From: a virus
Taxonomy: Duplodnaviria > Caudoviricetes
IMG/VR virus record: IMGVR_UViG_3300031992_000090
Location: 1,401-65,400 of that record
Strand: one strand, 5' to 3'
DNA length: 64,000 bases
Shown: positions 10,201-18,326 of the stretch, in pieces
Numbering within the stretch: position 1 is the stretch's first letter
How the letters are laid out: every line of letters begins with the position of its first letter
The notes under the pieces: model-generated
The model's database searches: none
The model's input: only the letters and a program-made list of their open reading frames with translations
What the model was told of the DNA's origin: nothing
Program-made: the position numbers and the translations under genes

Positions 10201-12542
10201 TGGCAAGCTATGAGATCCTGCGCAACCGCTACTCACAGGGAGCTTATAACGCAAGCAATGAGCGCCAGTACAATCAGACCATCAACGGTGTTACAAACAG
10301 ACGTGAACGGTTAGGCAATCTGGAAATTAACTATTACAATGGTCTGGCAGTCGTACCTACTGCTGACCTGATGCAGTACTATGAGACGGCTATAAAAGAT
10401 CCTAAGGCACGCAGACGGGAGATAAACCGTAAACGTGACCTGGTTGTACGTGTGCTCCGTCCTGAACAGAAGAGGATTGCTCCTGAGGCGTACGTAGATG
10501 AGGGACAGATGAACAGATCTGTTTCTTATTCGGTTATCTTCGATGACAGCACTCCTGAGATGCAGCGTGTAAAAGAAGCTTTCAGGAGACCGTTCTTTAT
10601 AGATACAGACGCAAAAGAGAAATGGGGCGCAGAAGCTATATATGCCGTGCGCCGTGTAACCTCAGAATATGCGCAGCTGAATACAACCTGGAAACCACTC
10701 TTCCCTGTGTTCAACAGCGAGCGTGACTTCATAGAAAAGCTGAACTATGTGTTTACACGCAATTACCGTGACGACCAGGGCGCACGTGTGAACGGTGCCG
10801 TAGTGGCCAAACGCTACGCTGCCAATCTGCGCTACACACCTCAGATTGTACAGGCTGCCATAACCAATCAGCCTGAGACAATTGAGGGTAAGGTTGGTGA
10901 GTACCTGGTTGAGTTCCAGCGTCAGGGCATTATGCAGGTCAGCAGTCTGCAGACAGCTCTGGAGAAATCAGGACGTGTAACCTCAGCTTTTGTCGAGGGC
11001 AAACTCCAGAAGTTAGTTCCGGATCGTACTAAGCGTGAGCAGATAATAAGAGCACTAAGAACCGGAAAATACCCATTCAGTAAATGGGCTGAGATACTGT
11101 ACTCTATTCCTACATTCTGCGTGTACAAGGCTTTCCGTGACAGCGGACTGAACCCTAACGCTGCGCATTTCCATACCATTGAGCTGATGAATCTGGAGAT
11201 GAAAGGTCATCTTACCGGCAAGCTGATGCCGTTATTCCCGTTCATTCCGTCTATCACACAGACAGCTACTAATCTGGTAAGTTCCTATGGTTTTGACGTA
11301 GGCTCTTTTGGTTCTGTCAAAGAGGCTGACAAATACAGCAGAACTATCAGAGCATGGGGTATGCATTTTGGTATAACAGCATTAGCAAGCGCACTCATTC
11401 CAATCGTTGCTGTTATGTTAGGAGACGGTGACCAGGATAAAGGCTACAAAATCATGGATCAATGGTCTATCCAGTCGATAAACTTCTTCCCGATTCCGTT
11501 GGGCAGTCAGGATTACTACAAACAGCAGTTAGGTTTTGGTCCTGCCGTATTCAGTAATCAGGCAGCGTTTATAGTGAACCGTGTACTGCGTGGACAAATG
11601 ACCCTGGGTGAAGCAGCGTCTGCTTTAATCGGCAGTTTCATTCATAACGTTTCACCAGTTGCAGGACCGCAATGGGATATTGATTCCTGGGAAACTTTCT
11701 TCCAGAAAGTAATAGCAACGGCACTCCCAAGTGTGGTCGCACCAGTGGGCTATTTGTTTGGCTTTAACAAGAACTATTTCGGCAATACCATAAACCACCC
11801 TGAGTATATGTCTTATGGACAGCGTAAGTCTGATGTGGACGTACTGACAACTGAACAGACATTCAAAGATCTGGCTAAGTCTATATATGACGCAACTGGA
11901 GGAAAATTTGACCTGACCCCTGAGTCTATCAAAGAGTTTATGAAGTCCTATGCTACCGGAGTCTTTGCAGGTATATTTAACTATGTCACGGAAGATCCAC
12001 TAGCTAAGGATCCAGCCTACAAATCTACGGCTGAGATACTTGGTCCTATGTGGACATCTTTCGGTCTCACAATGGGATACGGTACAGTCGGTAACGTTGA
12101 CCGTCAGCTATACTATAAGTATCAGGAGTTCTACGAGGAACAGATTGAACGAGCAGGACTTGGTGACGCTATCAAAGTGACAAAAACAGGCGCAGCCAAT
12201 GCCACTGAGAGCCGCAGGAAAGTTTTGACTGAGGCTGGGTTCAACCAAATGTTTGTTGATGATGTTGCAAACTTAACGGATCTGAAAAAGGAACTTGAGA
12301 ACGTAACTAAAAAAGCCAAGAAAGATTTGGATAATGCATGGGCTAAGGGAGAGCCAGAAGCAGAGTTTGCTAGAATTATGAACGTTATGCGTTCCACGCA
12401 GAACATACTCATAAGCAATAAGATGAAAGAAATAAACCTCTATAAAGGGAAAATCACCAGAGTTGCTATGATGGAAAGTGTAGACGAGACTATAGCTTCT
12501 GGTAAACCACAGCTCATCAGAAACGAGGCAGGAGGCAGATAA
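4236..12542 (+). CDS. Giant internal virion / large polyvalent protein (2768 aa)
   Basis: Uninterrupted ORF with coiled coil, hydrophobic Gly/Ala segments, low-complexity linker and HEYMH (HExxH) at 7635-7649. C-terminus resembles LPD38-type domains (from recall). Confidence 0.7.
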   Translation: MPSSNYDVPKPVGSLPKPIDYSSSSGGRSSAAAVNDPMRLAQEMARNQRRAQAQANRKPTKKEQEEALKNAKEQLLTSAELEAQQLIDNDPTYRNGTYQRKNELLDHYEKNILPQILAANPLLRDDAVLRANVQSRIKYVFDNARKDNETASNFSMAQEAWALGQSLGRGGDIAYDSASTLAQALRNASRTAADDERARVIKQIEDNYNTQLDELNTRQQMFNGDPDTQNAIEQQKQQLIRNRNDSMRRLEENTARLRADDAKQIALETQELLKEYAKTAENEQARRASNEAYRETQLRQDEIQDKSWGLSRNNRKVATIASWLLEQVPQLAVTIGLTAAGSAVGGGAGAATMLGLTSAVQGMGDAGMQIFSDIINTPTEQLKNSEDYQEIYRNLEGKYKDPVEREQLAKAYLAYNAMSEALPTAGAVSGALSFLGPEALVTKTGVFNRLLDSKLLNATNYKGFNLPGIDRLVQVSPTAAVRTNAAANAIAQRAPRAGAMAILGGAGEVPEEVAQQVLGNVTYSDATGIQRDPFEGAGQAALQAFATGGLVGGIGGLLTSPSVAPETAGTTGAGQTGAQTQPALPQQAQADTTFTGEYQPGYRSTDLGTPPRQGQTINVPPDMQQPLLSDQPRLTAPQNTAVQNTNVQTGTNALTMQGRLPAPPQQLPNMPAPLNAAEQAQANQIQTMLTEPVITPPLTDAQSQAIQAVRNMLTESAPTSVEGSIANMMASGQLNPAAINTASGPTEQAVANMMARAPTPVEGSIVNMLASEQPNPAAVANTNNGLTEQDIANMMAPAPTVEGSIRNMMGTNQVNPAAAVLDPNSGLTAQDIANMMAPAQTSTVANTLQETPNANLRTNQGIDLTNSQATANRPGNSPAIGSENFTPAAGSSAAAQSAGTGRTSRQDARTPAVDVSSNQTETGGTGSRAGRRPDNPVADTTGTSADLGQRGGVSPSVQRTGDGERTEADGSTQPARSNVTSDRTDLGESVMDFSPVDTSEVDNLVAVADTLKLNAVNVVSPAYSQRLQDLQRNFTEQVNSVIKQSGQKLSPDDIAEAANAYAQLVIRLENTLAYVTQASIENGVLSDVQIQFSNDLVNRAYGRFNPVTKDLQVYFYEKDKRKLAEVISSTTFAHEYMHNTVDYVLTHVNSIRRLADSGNEAARQFLQDFSDFAHYCGIPENVDPFCEANWYKQDNDKFPHENAAMLFADYIVGNKPLPRDTGLNHLYRGATNFARRLRDGYRMVINYIKQVIDSLKAMFESGNDQFDSTHQSFVAKTKVDIAAHNFPNQDQVFNFFDKLLSDFYADLAHEPVGPAIEPDDNIATFVGAQIDSYNMAGQYASDGMDLPNSMRMADAYVAECVRVASLTDAEKTYEAVQRQQDLIASAIAEDPGLLVNSADGQTDLESVTVAMTSDTAPYDAVHGIVDPVIHGLSTVNDPSIDVMSLPDNSYEIEPIFSEEQEQQIKSELTVAINDELANGLTGDSTPVTEREWFSAFINNGGIVDENGYPQPLYRVNHQLSTTPSGKELETVTYGRMENPVRAGDKLENVAASERAAVRDLINRVQTAVKQNRLDTFEPTDKDLEALFNAQIDAIIARNAAGDEVYYIPSLLNAADYAEMDLYDFGPNVVRLSASRYNAILRSRPQANQAEPQTESELQEQLSQILHQFHLKQESQLKDGRYAQAVRVANGSKTLAQAEAYRTATVGPYRANGWMRGATRVRYEIVDENAYFRLWVIEYFATTEGALDSHPLYRTYVITPSQIRGAKQELYMRFQQPMNRWMRERAKEFGINADVFAHDIGQFYTDLHTIEANVQMEKELNEALAKAQLVEDQTERAQAVKNAQDTLNKFYERQKDNTKRFGIPGGKSVAQCRTEMQELAAKYGDEILQDGVAMFQKTIKDLVTLLIERGVLSEEYVASFGDWSFYCPLITKAGYNESAPNDAAVMFPSKLDYAREGSEHPAVDAYTALSFIIHKSGNALGSTALGREVVASYEILRNRYSQGAYNASNERQYNQTINGVTNRRERLGNLEINYYNGLAVVPTADLMQYYETAIKDPKARRREINRKRDLVVRVLRPEQKRIAPEAYVDEGQMNRSVSYSVIFDDSTPEMQRVKEAFRRPFFIDTDAKEKWGAEAIYAVRRVTSEYAQLNTTWKPLFPVFNSERDFIEKLNYVFTRNYRDDQGARVNGAVVAKRYAANLRYTPQIVQAAITNQPETIEGKVGEYLVEFQRQGIMQVSSLQTALEKSGRVTSAFVEGKLQKLVPDRTKREQIIRALRTGKYPFSKWAEILYSIPTFCVYKAFRDSGLNPNAAHFHTIELMNLEMKGHLTGKLMPLFPFIPSITQTATNLVSSYGFDVGSFGSVKEADKYSRTIRAWGMHFGITALASALIPIVAVMLGDGDQDKGYKIMDQWSIQSINFFPIPLGSQDYYKQQLGFGPAVFSNQAAFIVNRVLRGQMTLGEAASALIGSFIHNVSPVAGPQWDIDSWETFFQKVIATALPSVVAPVGYLFGFNKNYFGNTINHPEYMSYGQRKSDVDVLTTEQTFKDLAKSIYDATGGKFDLTPESIKEFMKSYATGVFAGIFNYVTEDPLAKDPAYKSTAEILGPMWTSFGLTMGYGTVGNVDRQLYYKYQEFYEEQIERAGLGDAIKVTKTGAANATESRRKVLTEAGFNQMFVDDVANLTDLKKELENVTKKAKKDLDNAWAKGEPEAEFARIMNVMRSTQNILISNKMKEINLYKGKITRVAMMESVDETIASGKPQLIRNEAGGR
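6380..6750 (+). repeat. Three imperfect ~40-aa repeats (EGSIxNMMA...NPAA...TxQDIANMMAPA) in the giant protein
   Basis: Recurring CATCGCTAACATGATGGC-like DNA motif, six IANMM-like copies. Confidence 0.85.
6793..7173 (+). CDS. Candidate nested +1-frame gene inside the giant protein gene
   Basis: AGGAG (6781-6785) upstream of ATG 6793. The 126-aa product is L/Q/A/E/I-rich and helical-looking, while the host frame there is disordered. Confidence 0.5.
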   Translation: MLTSEQIRELILQIARQQPIDQETALQLDPKTLRLLLEVVQQLRAQGLAGPHVRTPERLLWMYHLIKQRLAGQEAEPDADQIIQSLIPQARQQILGNEAVLARQSNAQAMVNAQKQMAALNRPGLM

Positions 12543-12979
12543 TGGCGATAGTTAGAATCTGTCAGGGACAGCCGGAACTGGCAGTCCGTCTGACAACAGC
12601 AGGCTGCAATGGGGCACAGCTTGTAGACTGGCAGCAGGTCCGGCTGCTGATTGTCCCGCCGCCTAGGACAACGTGCGAACTGCCGCTGTCACCGCAGGTG
12701 TTCAAAGGCTGCTGGCCTGCGCATGACATAGAGAAATGGAACAACAGTTTTATCCTGCCTGAGAACCAGCCGCTGCTCATTTATCCTGCGTTCGGTACAA
12801 ACGAGGACGGTGAAATTGTGTTTGTGCTTGATGAACAGCTCTGGAAAAGACGCGGACGTTACATAGGCGTGATTGAATTTACTAACGGTGAGAAAATCAC
12901 CGAACTGGATTTGGACATCTGTACCCAGCAGTTTGTTGCTGATAGAGTAAGTCTGAACTCACTACCATGTGGAGGCTAG
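12542..12979 (+). CDS. Hypothetical structural protein
   Basis: 145 aa, overlaps the stop of the giant gene, beta-rich, Cys-containing. Confidence 0.6.
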   Translation: MAIVRICQGQPELAVRLTTAGCNGAQLVDWQQVRLLIVPPPRTTCELPLSPQVFKGCWPAHDIEKWNNSFILPENQPLLIYPAFGTNEDGEIVFVLDEQLWKRRGRYIGVIEFTNGEKITELDLDICTQQFVADRVSLNSLPCGG

Positions 12980-12980
12980 T

Positions 12981-13571
12981 ATGATTTTAAAAGCAATGAG
13001 TTTCAACCTGAACGCCAAACTGGAGGCTGACAGTATTTATCTTCCGCTGACTGTGGCTGACATGGCAGCTCTGACTGCAGCTGTCCCAGAGGGCGAGCAG
13101 ATTTATCTGACCCTCGCATGGGACATGGCCAAAGAGTATGTGCTGGCAACCAATACCGCAGGTACTATCATCCTCACACGCGGCATAGACAGCGATGCCA
13201 GAGCTTTCCCTAAAGGCTCCTGTCTCTATTTTGAGAACAGTATACCGGTAACCAAGTGGCTTATCTGTAACTATGAGTGCTGTACCGGCGAGTGTCCTGT
13301 GACCCCTGTAACCTCTGCAGGCAAAGTACTGCCGGCCGGGAAAGTTGGTGATGCCTGGAGCGGATCATTTGTGTTCAGCGGAGACTTACCTATGGTATTC
13401 GGTGTAACTGGGATGCCGTCATGGATGACAGCTTCCTACCAAGGTAACTATGTGAGCTTGTCAGGAACCCCTACAGCCTCAGGAACATTTACAATTTCTG
13501 TAGCTGCGTCCAATAATCGCGGCGACAGCATAGCTGTAGATTCCGGAACCTTGACAATTACTGCGTCGTAG
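12981..13571 (+). CDS. Structural protein with C-terminal Ig-like domain
   Basis: GGAGG then ATG 12981. C-terminal ...GMPSWMT...LSGTPTASGTFTISVAASN is typical of putative Ig (He_PIG-like) repeats. Confidence 0.65.
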   Translation: MILKAMSFNLNAKLEADSIYLPLTVADMAALTAAVPEGEQIYLTLAWDMAKEYVLATNTAGTIILTRGIDSDARAFPKGSCLYFENSIPVTKWLICNYECCTGECPVTPVTSAGKVLPAGKVGDAWSGSFVFSGDLPMVFGVTGMPSWMTASYQGNYVSLSGTPTASGTFTISVAASNNRGDSIAVDSGTLTITAS

Positions 13572-13607
13572 GATATATTATCTATCAGCGAGTTTTGTTG
13601 TAAACGT

Positions 13608-13639
13608 ATGGCACACAATCGTCAGTGTGCCATTTTTTT
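13608..13639 (+). terminator. Rho-independent terminator ending the late arm
   Basis: ATGGCACAC-8 nt loop-GTGTGCCAT followed by a T tract, at the point where the two arms converge. Confidence 0.8.
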
Positions 13640-13654
13640 GCCCGCTGAATTCGT

Positions 13655-13963
13655 CTATTCCTCAGTCCTATCAGCTTTGAACTTGCTGTAGCTGACAGAT
13701 AGGAAATCACACAGCAGCCATACAGGTGTGAGAATTATAACAAGAAATACCACAACAGCCGCTACCAGTCCAAGTGAAGCCCACAGGAACGCATAGCCAA
13801 TAGCGCACAGACCGTCCAGCAGATAACTAAGGGCTGTCAGCATTGCCTGTACACACTGGGTAAAGAACTCCCTGTGCTTAGTACGGTCGGTAATTTCTTT
13901 TACAAATATTTTCATATAGGACAGCTCATTTAATTCTTTATGGGTTATGAAATTCTTAAGCAT
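13655..13963 (-). CDS. Small membrane protein
   Basis: Long hydrophobic stretch in the C-terminal half. Confidence 0.55.
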   Translation of the reverse strand: MLKNFITHKELNELSYMKIFVKEITDRTKHREFFTQCVQAMLTALSYLLDGLCAIGYAFLWASLGLVAAVVVFLVIILTPVWLLCDFLSVSYSKFKADRTEE

Positions 13964-14342
13964 TGTCTTCCCTCTGGTATTTTAAAATCTCTTCCTCTAT
14001 CAGCTCTAACATCTTATGGATACGATCTTCCGTAGGTGCATCTGGTTTATCTATATATGCCAGCACAAACTTATTGGAGGAAAAGTATGAGAGATAGCGC
14101 GCATTAGGAGCTGAGATATCCACAATGTAATCTTCCATAACCAGATAATGTAAGAAACGTTCCAGATAGAAACGCGCTTTCTGCAGATCTAAGACAGGAT
14201 TGCTCTTGTCCTGATAACGGAACAGATACTTAAAAGCGTTACCTAATAGGAATCCACAAGTCTCACACAATTCTATAGGCTCAATTACTTTGGTAATATT
14301 GTGCTTGGTGTAATGAGCTGGTGCATTAACTAAATCTTCCAT
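13956..14342 (-). CDS. DUF3310-family protein
   Basis: VNAPAHY...IEPIE...GFLLGNAFKYLFRY..K..PVLDLQKARFYL signature. Confidence 0.8.
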   Translation of the reverse strand: MEDLVNAPAHYTKHNITKVIEPIELCETCGFLLGNAFKYLFRYQDKSNPVLDLQKARFYLERFLHYLVMEDYIVDISAPNARYLSYFSSNKFVLAYIDKPDAPTEDRIHKMLELIEEEILKYQREDNA

Positions 14343-14602
14343 TATATAAGTCCTTTCTGTTTTGCAAGTGCTAAAAGTTTGTCCATGTCTTTGATGTTTT
14401 CAACGGTTGCAGCCCGCATATAAGCAATACCGCATGGGAGTTTTACCGCAGGCTGTTTCTGGTACGTAATGTGTACTCCTTCTTCTACGTGCAGCGGTTC
14501 TAGCAACAGGACTTTTACAGTCTTATCGGTAGCGGCTACAACCACACCATACCAGGGTCTCCTGCGACCTACGGATTTAACAAGCATTATATTTGCGTCC
14601 AT
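14342..14602 (-). CDS. Hypothetical protein
   Basis: 86 aa, GGAG RBS, coupled to its neighbour. Confidence 0.55.
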   Translation of the reverse strand: MDANIMLVKSVGRRRPWYGVVVAATDKTVKVLLLEPLHVEEGVHITYQKQPAVKLPCGIAYMRAATVENIKDMDKLLALAKQKGLI

Positions 14603-14623
14603 ACTTACTCCTTTTGTTAGTCT

Positions 14624-14845
14624 TTACTTAAGATTAATCATTAACCAAGACCTATCATTCCAATGTTCTAAATCTATGTAATCAACTTTACGATTTAAAA
14701 GATTTTTATGACCAGTTAATACAGAACTTACATATGTACAGTATACAAGTGCATTTTCATTTCCATTTTCATAAATAGAAATTTCAAAATCCTCGTCTGT
14801 AATAAATGAGTCTAAAAAATCTCTAAGTGATATTTCTATTTTCAT
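14624..14845 (-). CDS. Hypothetical acidic protein
   Basis: 73 aa, co-oriented with the cluster. Confidence 0.5.
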   Translation of the reverse strand: MKIEISLRDFLDSFITDEDFEISIYENGNENALVYCTYVSSVLTGHKNLLNRKVDYIDLEHWNDRSWLMINLK

Positions 14846-14858
14846 TCTTAAACCTTTG

Positions 14859-15167
14859 TCATGATTTAAACATTAAATTTAAATATTTAACCTTTTTAAA
14901 TCTATACTTCTGTTTCACATGTGGATACATTTCATGATCTACCTCGCACATAAACCTATCTAAAGGGCTGATACTTGGTTCAATTGGATAAACGTCCATT
15001 GCGTAATATACAACCATTCTTTGTCCTGTCTCAGAATGATGTCCTACACATACAATCTTGTAATATCCACCATTGAAATGCTGATAAATCTCACCTCGTT
15101 TTGGTTCAGGTCTTTTTCGTTTCATAGTTTTATTTAAAATCCATTTCTCGTAAAAGTTCCCTTGCAC
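14859..15167 (-). CDS. DUF1653-family protein (start possibly 15125)
   Basis: GEIYQHF.G.YYKIVCVGHHSETG..MVVY...FM.EVDHE.YP.VKQKYRF signature. Confidence 0.75.
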   Translation of the reverse strand: MQGNFYEKWILNKTMKRKRPEPKRGEIYQHFNGGYYKIVCVGHHSETGQRMVVYYAMDVYPIEPSISPLDRFMCEVDHEMYPHVKQKYRFKKVKYLNLMFKS

Positions 15168-15471
15168 TCTGGTTCAGTCGATTAATGCCGTATAACTTAA
15201 TATAATGTTTTCGTACTTTAATATGCCGCCATATCCAGACAGGATAAAGAATTAACCCATGAGTGACACGGCAGAATGGGATTAGAACCAAGCAAAAAGC
15301 TGTTCGTAGAAAGTTAATACATAGTTCCTTATACTCGTCAAAAGTCCAATATCTTTGCATTTGCTCGTATGTGTATACACAATAATCCAGATGCGATGCG
15401 GTGGCTACTGAGACAGACGAATGGGCTTTGGTTTGTCTTAAGAGTTTAGTTTGGATTAGTTTCATTTTCAT
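15130..15471 (-). CDS. Hypothetical protein with hydrophobic segment
   Basis: ORF track; co-oriented. Confidence 0.4.
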   Translation of the reverse strand: MKMKLIQTKLLRQTKAHSSVSVATASHLDYCVYTYEQMQRYWTFDEYKELCINFLRTAFCLVLIPFCRVTHGLILYPVWIWRHIKVRKHYIKLYGINRLNQSARELLREMDFK

Positions 15472-15619
15472 TATCCTTCACTATCACCCACTGCCAGATG
15501 TCATAATGACCTTGGAGTTCATAGTGATAGCCGTTAGGCACATCTTTTTCTACGAACCCTCCTACGTTATTTGGAATAATTTCTTTATGTGTGTCATTGC
15601 TTGATAACTCTGTTTCCAT

Positions 15620-15763
15620 TTAGTTATTTCCTACTAAGATACGAACAAGAACCATTACAAATAAATAACCAACAGTTAATCCTATACCCATCAGAGCAAA
15701 GAAAAGAACAATATCACATGCTGCTCCAATATCTTTTAAGAATTTAATGAGCCACGTTTTCAT
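15620..15763 (-). CDS. Small membrane protein (47 aa, not in ORF track)
   Basis: MKTWLIKFLKDIGAACDIVLFFALMGIGLTVGYLFVMVLVRILVGNN; its start overlaps the upstream stop. Confidence 0.5.
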   Translation of the reverse strand: MKTWLIKFLKDIGAACDIVLFFALMGIGLTVGYLFVMVLVRILVGNN

Positions 15764-15936
15764 TTCTTATTTGCCTTTAAAAAACTAGAAAGAGGCTGTA
15801 TAAAAAGCGTAATCAACAAAATCAGAATACCAATTGATACAACAAAAATGGAACCGAAGAACACGACAAACGTTATAATATCGCCCAAGCCACCACACGG
15901 GAAACCCGTTATAGTTTCATATAATCTAGCTAACAT
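15760..15936 (-). CDS. Small membrane protein (58 aa, not in ORF track)
   Basis: MLARLYETITGFPCGGLGDIITFVVFFGSIFVVSIGILILLITLFIQPLSSFLKANKK; overlaps both neighbours. Confidence 0.5.
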   Translation of the reverse strand: MLARLYETITGFPCGGLGDIITFVVFFGSIFVVSIGILILLITLFIQPLSSFLKANKK

Positions 15937-16111
15937 TTTTCTGCTCCTTTAGTTTGTTTATTTTGTTGTAAATTCTTTCTAGGAATTCTAGATGTATCCT
16001 TAAAGTGATTGCGTTTGGATACTCTTCTAAAGTATTTTTTACATCAATAATTAAACCATGAAGCAATATAAGTAAGAATCTTGCCTCCTCTTTAGAAAAT
16101 TCTAGTTTCAT
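15926..16111 (-). CDS. Hypothetical protein
   Basis: 61 aa, overlapping neighbours. Confidence 0.5.
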   Translation of the reverse strand: MKLEFSKEEARFLLILLHGLIIDVKNTLEEYPNAITLRIHLEFLERIYNKINKLKEQKNVS

Positions 16112-16488
16112 TCGGACTGCCTCTGCTCACTCTTACTGATTATCTCGTCAAGTTTTACATTAATTGCTTTCATTACTTTCTGTCCTGTTTCAGACACCGA
16201 AAGTTCCTGTGTGGCTGTAGCGCCGACCATTAGATAAACAGTGTTGCCGGACGGGATTACACATAAAATTAGCGTCTCTATAATTGCAGATATTAGAATC
16301 AGTTTTAGTTTGGTACGTGCTACCTTAATAAGACCAGTTGTAAATTCTTCATCGTCATTATCAACTGCGGCTGCGAACATAAAGAAACCAATTATTACTA
16401 GAATGCCTGTTATTGCAACACAAATAAAGCCTATAATCTTAATTGAGTTACAGAGATCTGCCAGATATAAATATAAAGCGATATTCAT
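16108..16488 (-). CDS. Membrane protein (2-3 TM)
   Basis: Hydrophobic segments; ...LCVIPSGNTVYLMVG... pattern common in phage membrane proteins. Confidence 0.6.
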   Translation of the reverse strand: MNIALYLYLADLCNSIKIIGFICVAITGILVIIGFFMFAAAVDNDDEEFTTGLIKVARTKLKLILISAIIETLILCVIPSGNTVYLMVGATATQELSVSETGQKVMKAINVKLDEIISKSEQRQSE

Positions 16489-16490
16489 TT

Positions 16491-16667
16491 TTACTTATCC
16501 TCTTTCATTGGTTCTTTCTGTCCGAACATTTCAGTTTTAACTCTTACTTTTCTTTCATCTGTCGGGTCTGAATCGGCCCATACATAAATGGCGACCGCAA
16601 TATCTACTAGGAGTTTTATATCAGCGGCCAGTTTTTCTTTATTTTTCTCTAACTCTGTAATAGTCAT
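16491..16667 (-). CDS. Hypothetical protein
   Basis: ATG 16667 after GGGGTAG. Confidence 0.45.
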   Translation of the reverse strand: MTITELEKNKEKLAADIKLLVDIAVAIYVWADSDPTDERKVRVKTEMFGQKEPMKEDK

Positions 16668-16671
16668 TTTT

Positions 16672-16869
16672 CTACCCCACAACTGTTATCGTTGTAACAA
16701 AAGCTACAAACATATGTCTATCAGAATCATATACACACCGAATTTCTTCAATGGAATCAGAAAACTTATTAAGTTCTTTATCTATTAAAGTAGCTAACTT
16801 TTCGGGTGACCGTGCTTCCAAAGCTACCGTATGCCATTTCTGGTCTGGATTATTATTGATGACACCCAT
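16672..16869 (-). CDS. Hypothetical protein
   Basis: 65 aa, co-oriented. Confidence 0.45.
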   Translation of the reverse strand: MGVINNNPDQKWHTVALEARSPEKLATLIDKELNKFSDSIEEIRCVYDSDRHMFVAFVTTITVVG

Positions 16870-17059
16870 GTGTAATTTTTCCTGTATATGAAAATTTAAT
16901 TTCTACAAAATGAAACTCGTGAACAATGTCATTAACTCGGAAATCTTCTAGTTCGGGATGATGCTCTAACCAGTAAACACACTGTTCTTCGGCATCTTCT
17001 CCTTCGAAACTAATTGAAGAGTAGATTGTTTTAATAGGCATTTCTCGACCCCTACGCAA
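16853..17059 (-). CDS. Hypothetical acidic protein
   Basis: 68 aa, co-oriented. Confidence 0.45.
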   Translation of the reverse strand: MRRGREMPIKTIYSSISFEGEDAEEQCVYWLEHHPELEDFRVNDIVHEFHFVEIKFSYTGKITHGCHQ

Positions 17060-17276
17060 CTACGATAACGTCTTTGCAGATTTCTGCAGCATCATCATCG
17101 CCTTCTGTATATCCTATTGGGCATTGAGCTATAAAGTCTGGCTTCTCTGTTATGTCAAAATAATACGTATAGATATTACCTGAAAGTGACATCTCACCTT
17201 GTGAATACACAACATCAACATTCCCGTATTCTTTTCTAAGCTTTTGCAACTCACGAATCAGTTTATCTACTTTCAT
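17052..17276 (-). CDS. Hypothetical protein
   Basis: MKVDKLIRELQKLRKEYGNVDV..., a common small phage ORF pattern; GGAAGTAG RBS. Confidence 0.55.
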   Translation of the reverse strand: MKVDKLIRELQKLRKEYGNVDVVYSQGEMSLSGNIYTYYFDITEKPDFIAQCPIGYTEGDDDAAEICKDVIVVA

Positions 17277-17776
17277 TCTTCTACTTCCACTCCAAACGGA
17301 TACCATTCACCACTGTCTGGGTCCTGCCATTCATAATTCTGGAATAATTCTTCCATATCAGATACACGGCAGCCTAAACCAATATGTGTGCTTTTTAAAT
17401 CAAGCTCGGTTATCAATACCTGGACTGTATGAGTGCTACCTTTAGAACGAATGTTAAACACTAAGCCTGCGCAGCCTGTGACTTTTATATGCCGACAAAG
17501 TTCTTCGCAATTCTTAAACGGTCGCCATTTCTTTTCGCCGTTTTTTACGTCTGTAACCTTACAGGCAGGAATGAAAAGACCGTACGAATATCCATCATCA
17601 CGACAAAAAGTTTCGTTTACAGCATTATCCAGATAAATCTGCGTTAATTTTCCGTAGTTCCACTCTTCTGCATTTTCGATACAATAGTCAGAAAAGTAAC
17701 CAGCCTGGCCTATGTACTGTTTAGCCTCGCTAGCGTTACTCCAGGAAAAAACGTCTTCCTTATTGAAAGTTTTCAT
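17273..17776 (-). CDS. Hypothetical protein
   Basis: 167 aa, GGAGTAGAG RBS. Confidence 0.65.
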   Translation of the reverse strand: MKTFNKEDVFSWSNASEAKQYIGQAGYFSDYCIENAEEWNYGKLTQIYLDNAVNETFCRDDGYSYGLFIPACKVTDVKNGEKKWRPFKNCEELCRHIKVTGCAGLVFNIRSKGSTHTVQVLITELDLKSTHIGLGCRVSDMEELFQNYEWQDPDSGEWYPFGVEVEE

Positions 17777-17778
17777 CT

Positions 17779-18045
17779 CTACTCCTGAATATAAATACGA
17801 ATTTCTACAAAATCTTTATGCTGATCTAACAGAATATGTTTTACTTCCCATGTATCATATTTGTTTGATTTATCTAAAGGACATAGATACAGTTCTTCTT
17901 TGGAATACGCATACACGTCACAGACAAAATCTTCCACAGGTTGTATAGGTCCATACTCGTTCTGCATTTGAAGATATAACCTGTTACTTACCGATAACCT
18001 GTGCGATAGTATGAATTCTTTTATAGCTGCTAAGGTGATCTGCAT
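17779..18045 (-). CDS. Hypothetical protein
   Basis: 88 aa, co-oriented. Confidence 0.5.
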   Translation of the reverse strand: MQITLAAIKEFILSHRLSVSNRLYLQMQNEYGPIQPVEDFVCDVYAYSKEELYLCPLDKSNKYDTWEVKHILLDQHKDFVEIRIYIQE

Positions 18046-18047
18046 AT

Positions 18048-18326
18048 TTACACTTCCAGAACATCGTCATCATCCTTATGCTGGATAACACTGTAATCAA
18101 GCCTATCACCCATATAGTGATAGTCTTCTGTAAGTACTGTCATAGCAGCCTCACATGTATTACTAATAAGAGTATCTAAATTATCATCTACGCCGAATAT
18201 ATTAGGCAGCGCAGGTATCACAGCAGCGTAAAATTTTCCTTCCGGATACACATGGATAATAATTTTAAGCGGCAGTCCGATAAGAGCTGCCAATTTCCAC
18301 CCGAAAGATCCTACGATAAGTCCCAT
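18048..18326 (-). CDS. HicB-like (antitoxin N-terminal fold) protein
   Basis: IHVYPEGKFYAAVIPALPNIFGVDDNLDTLISNTCEAAM resembles the HicB pattern Y.V.FPDLPG....G.TLEEA..NA.EAL. Confidence 0.45.
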   Translation of the reverse strand: MGLIVGSFGWKLAALIGLPLKIIIHVYPEGKFYAAVIPALPNIFGVDDNLDTLISNTCEAAMTVLTEDYHYMGDRLDYSVIQHKDDDDVLEV

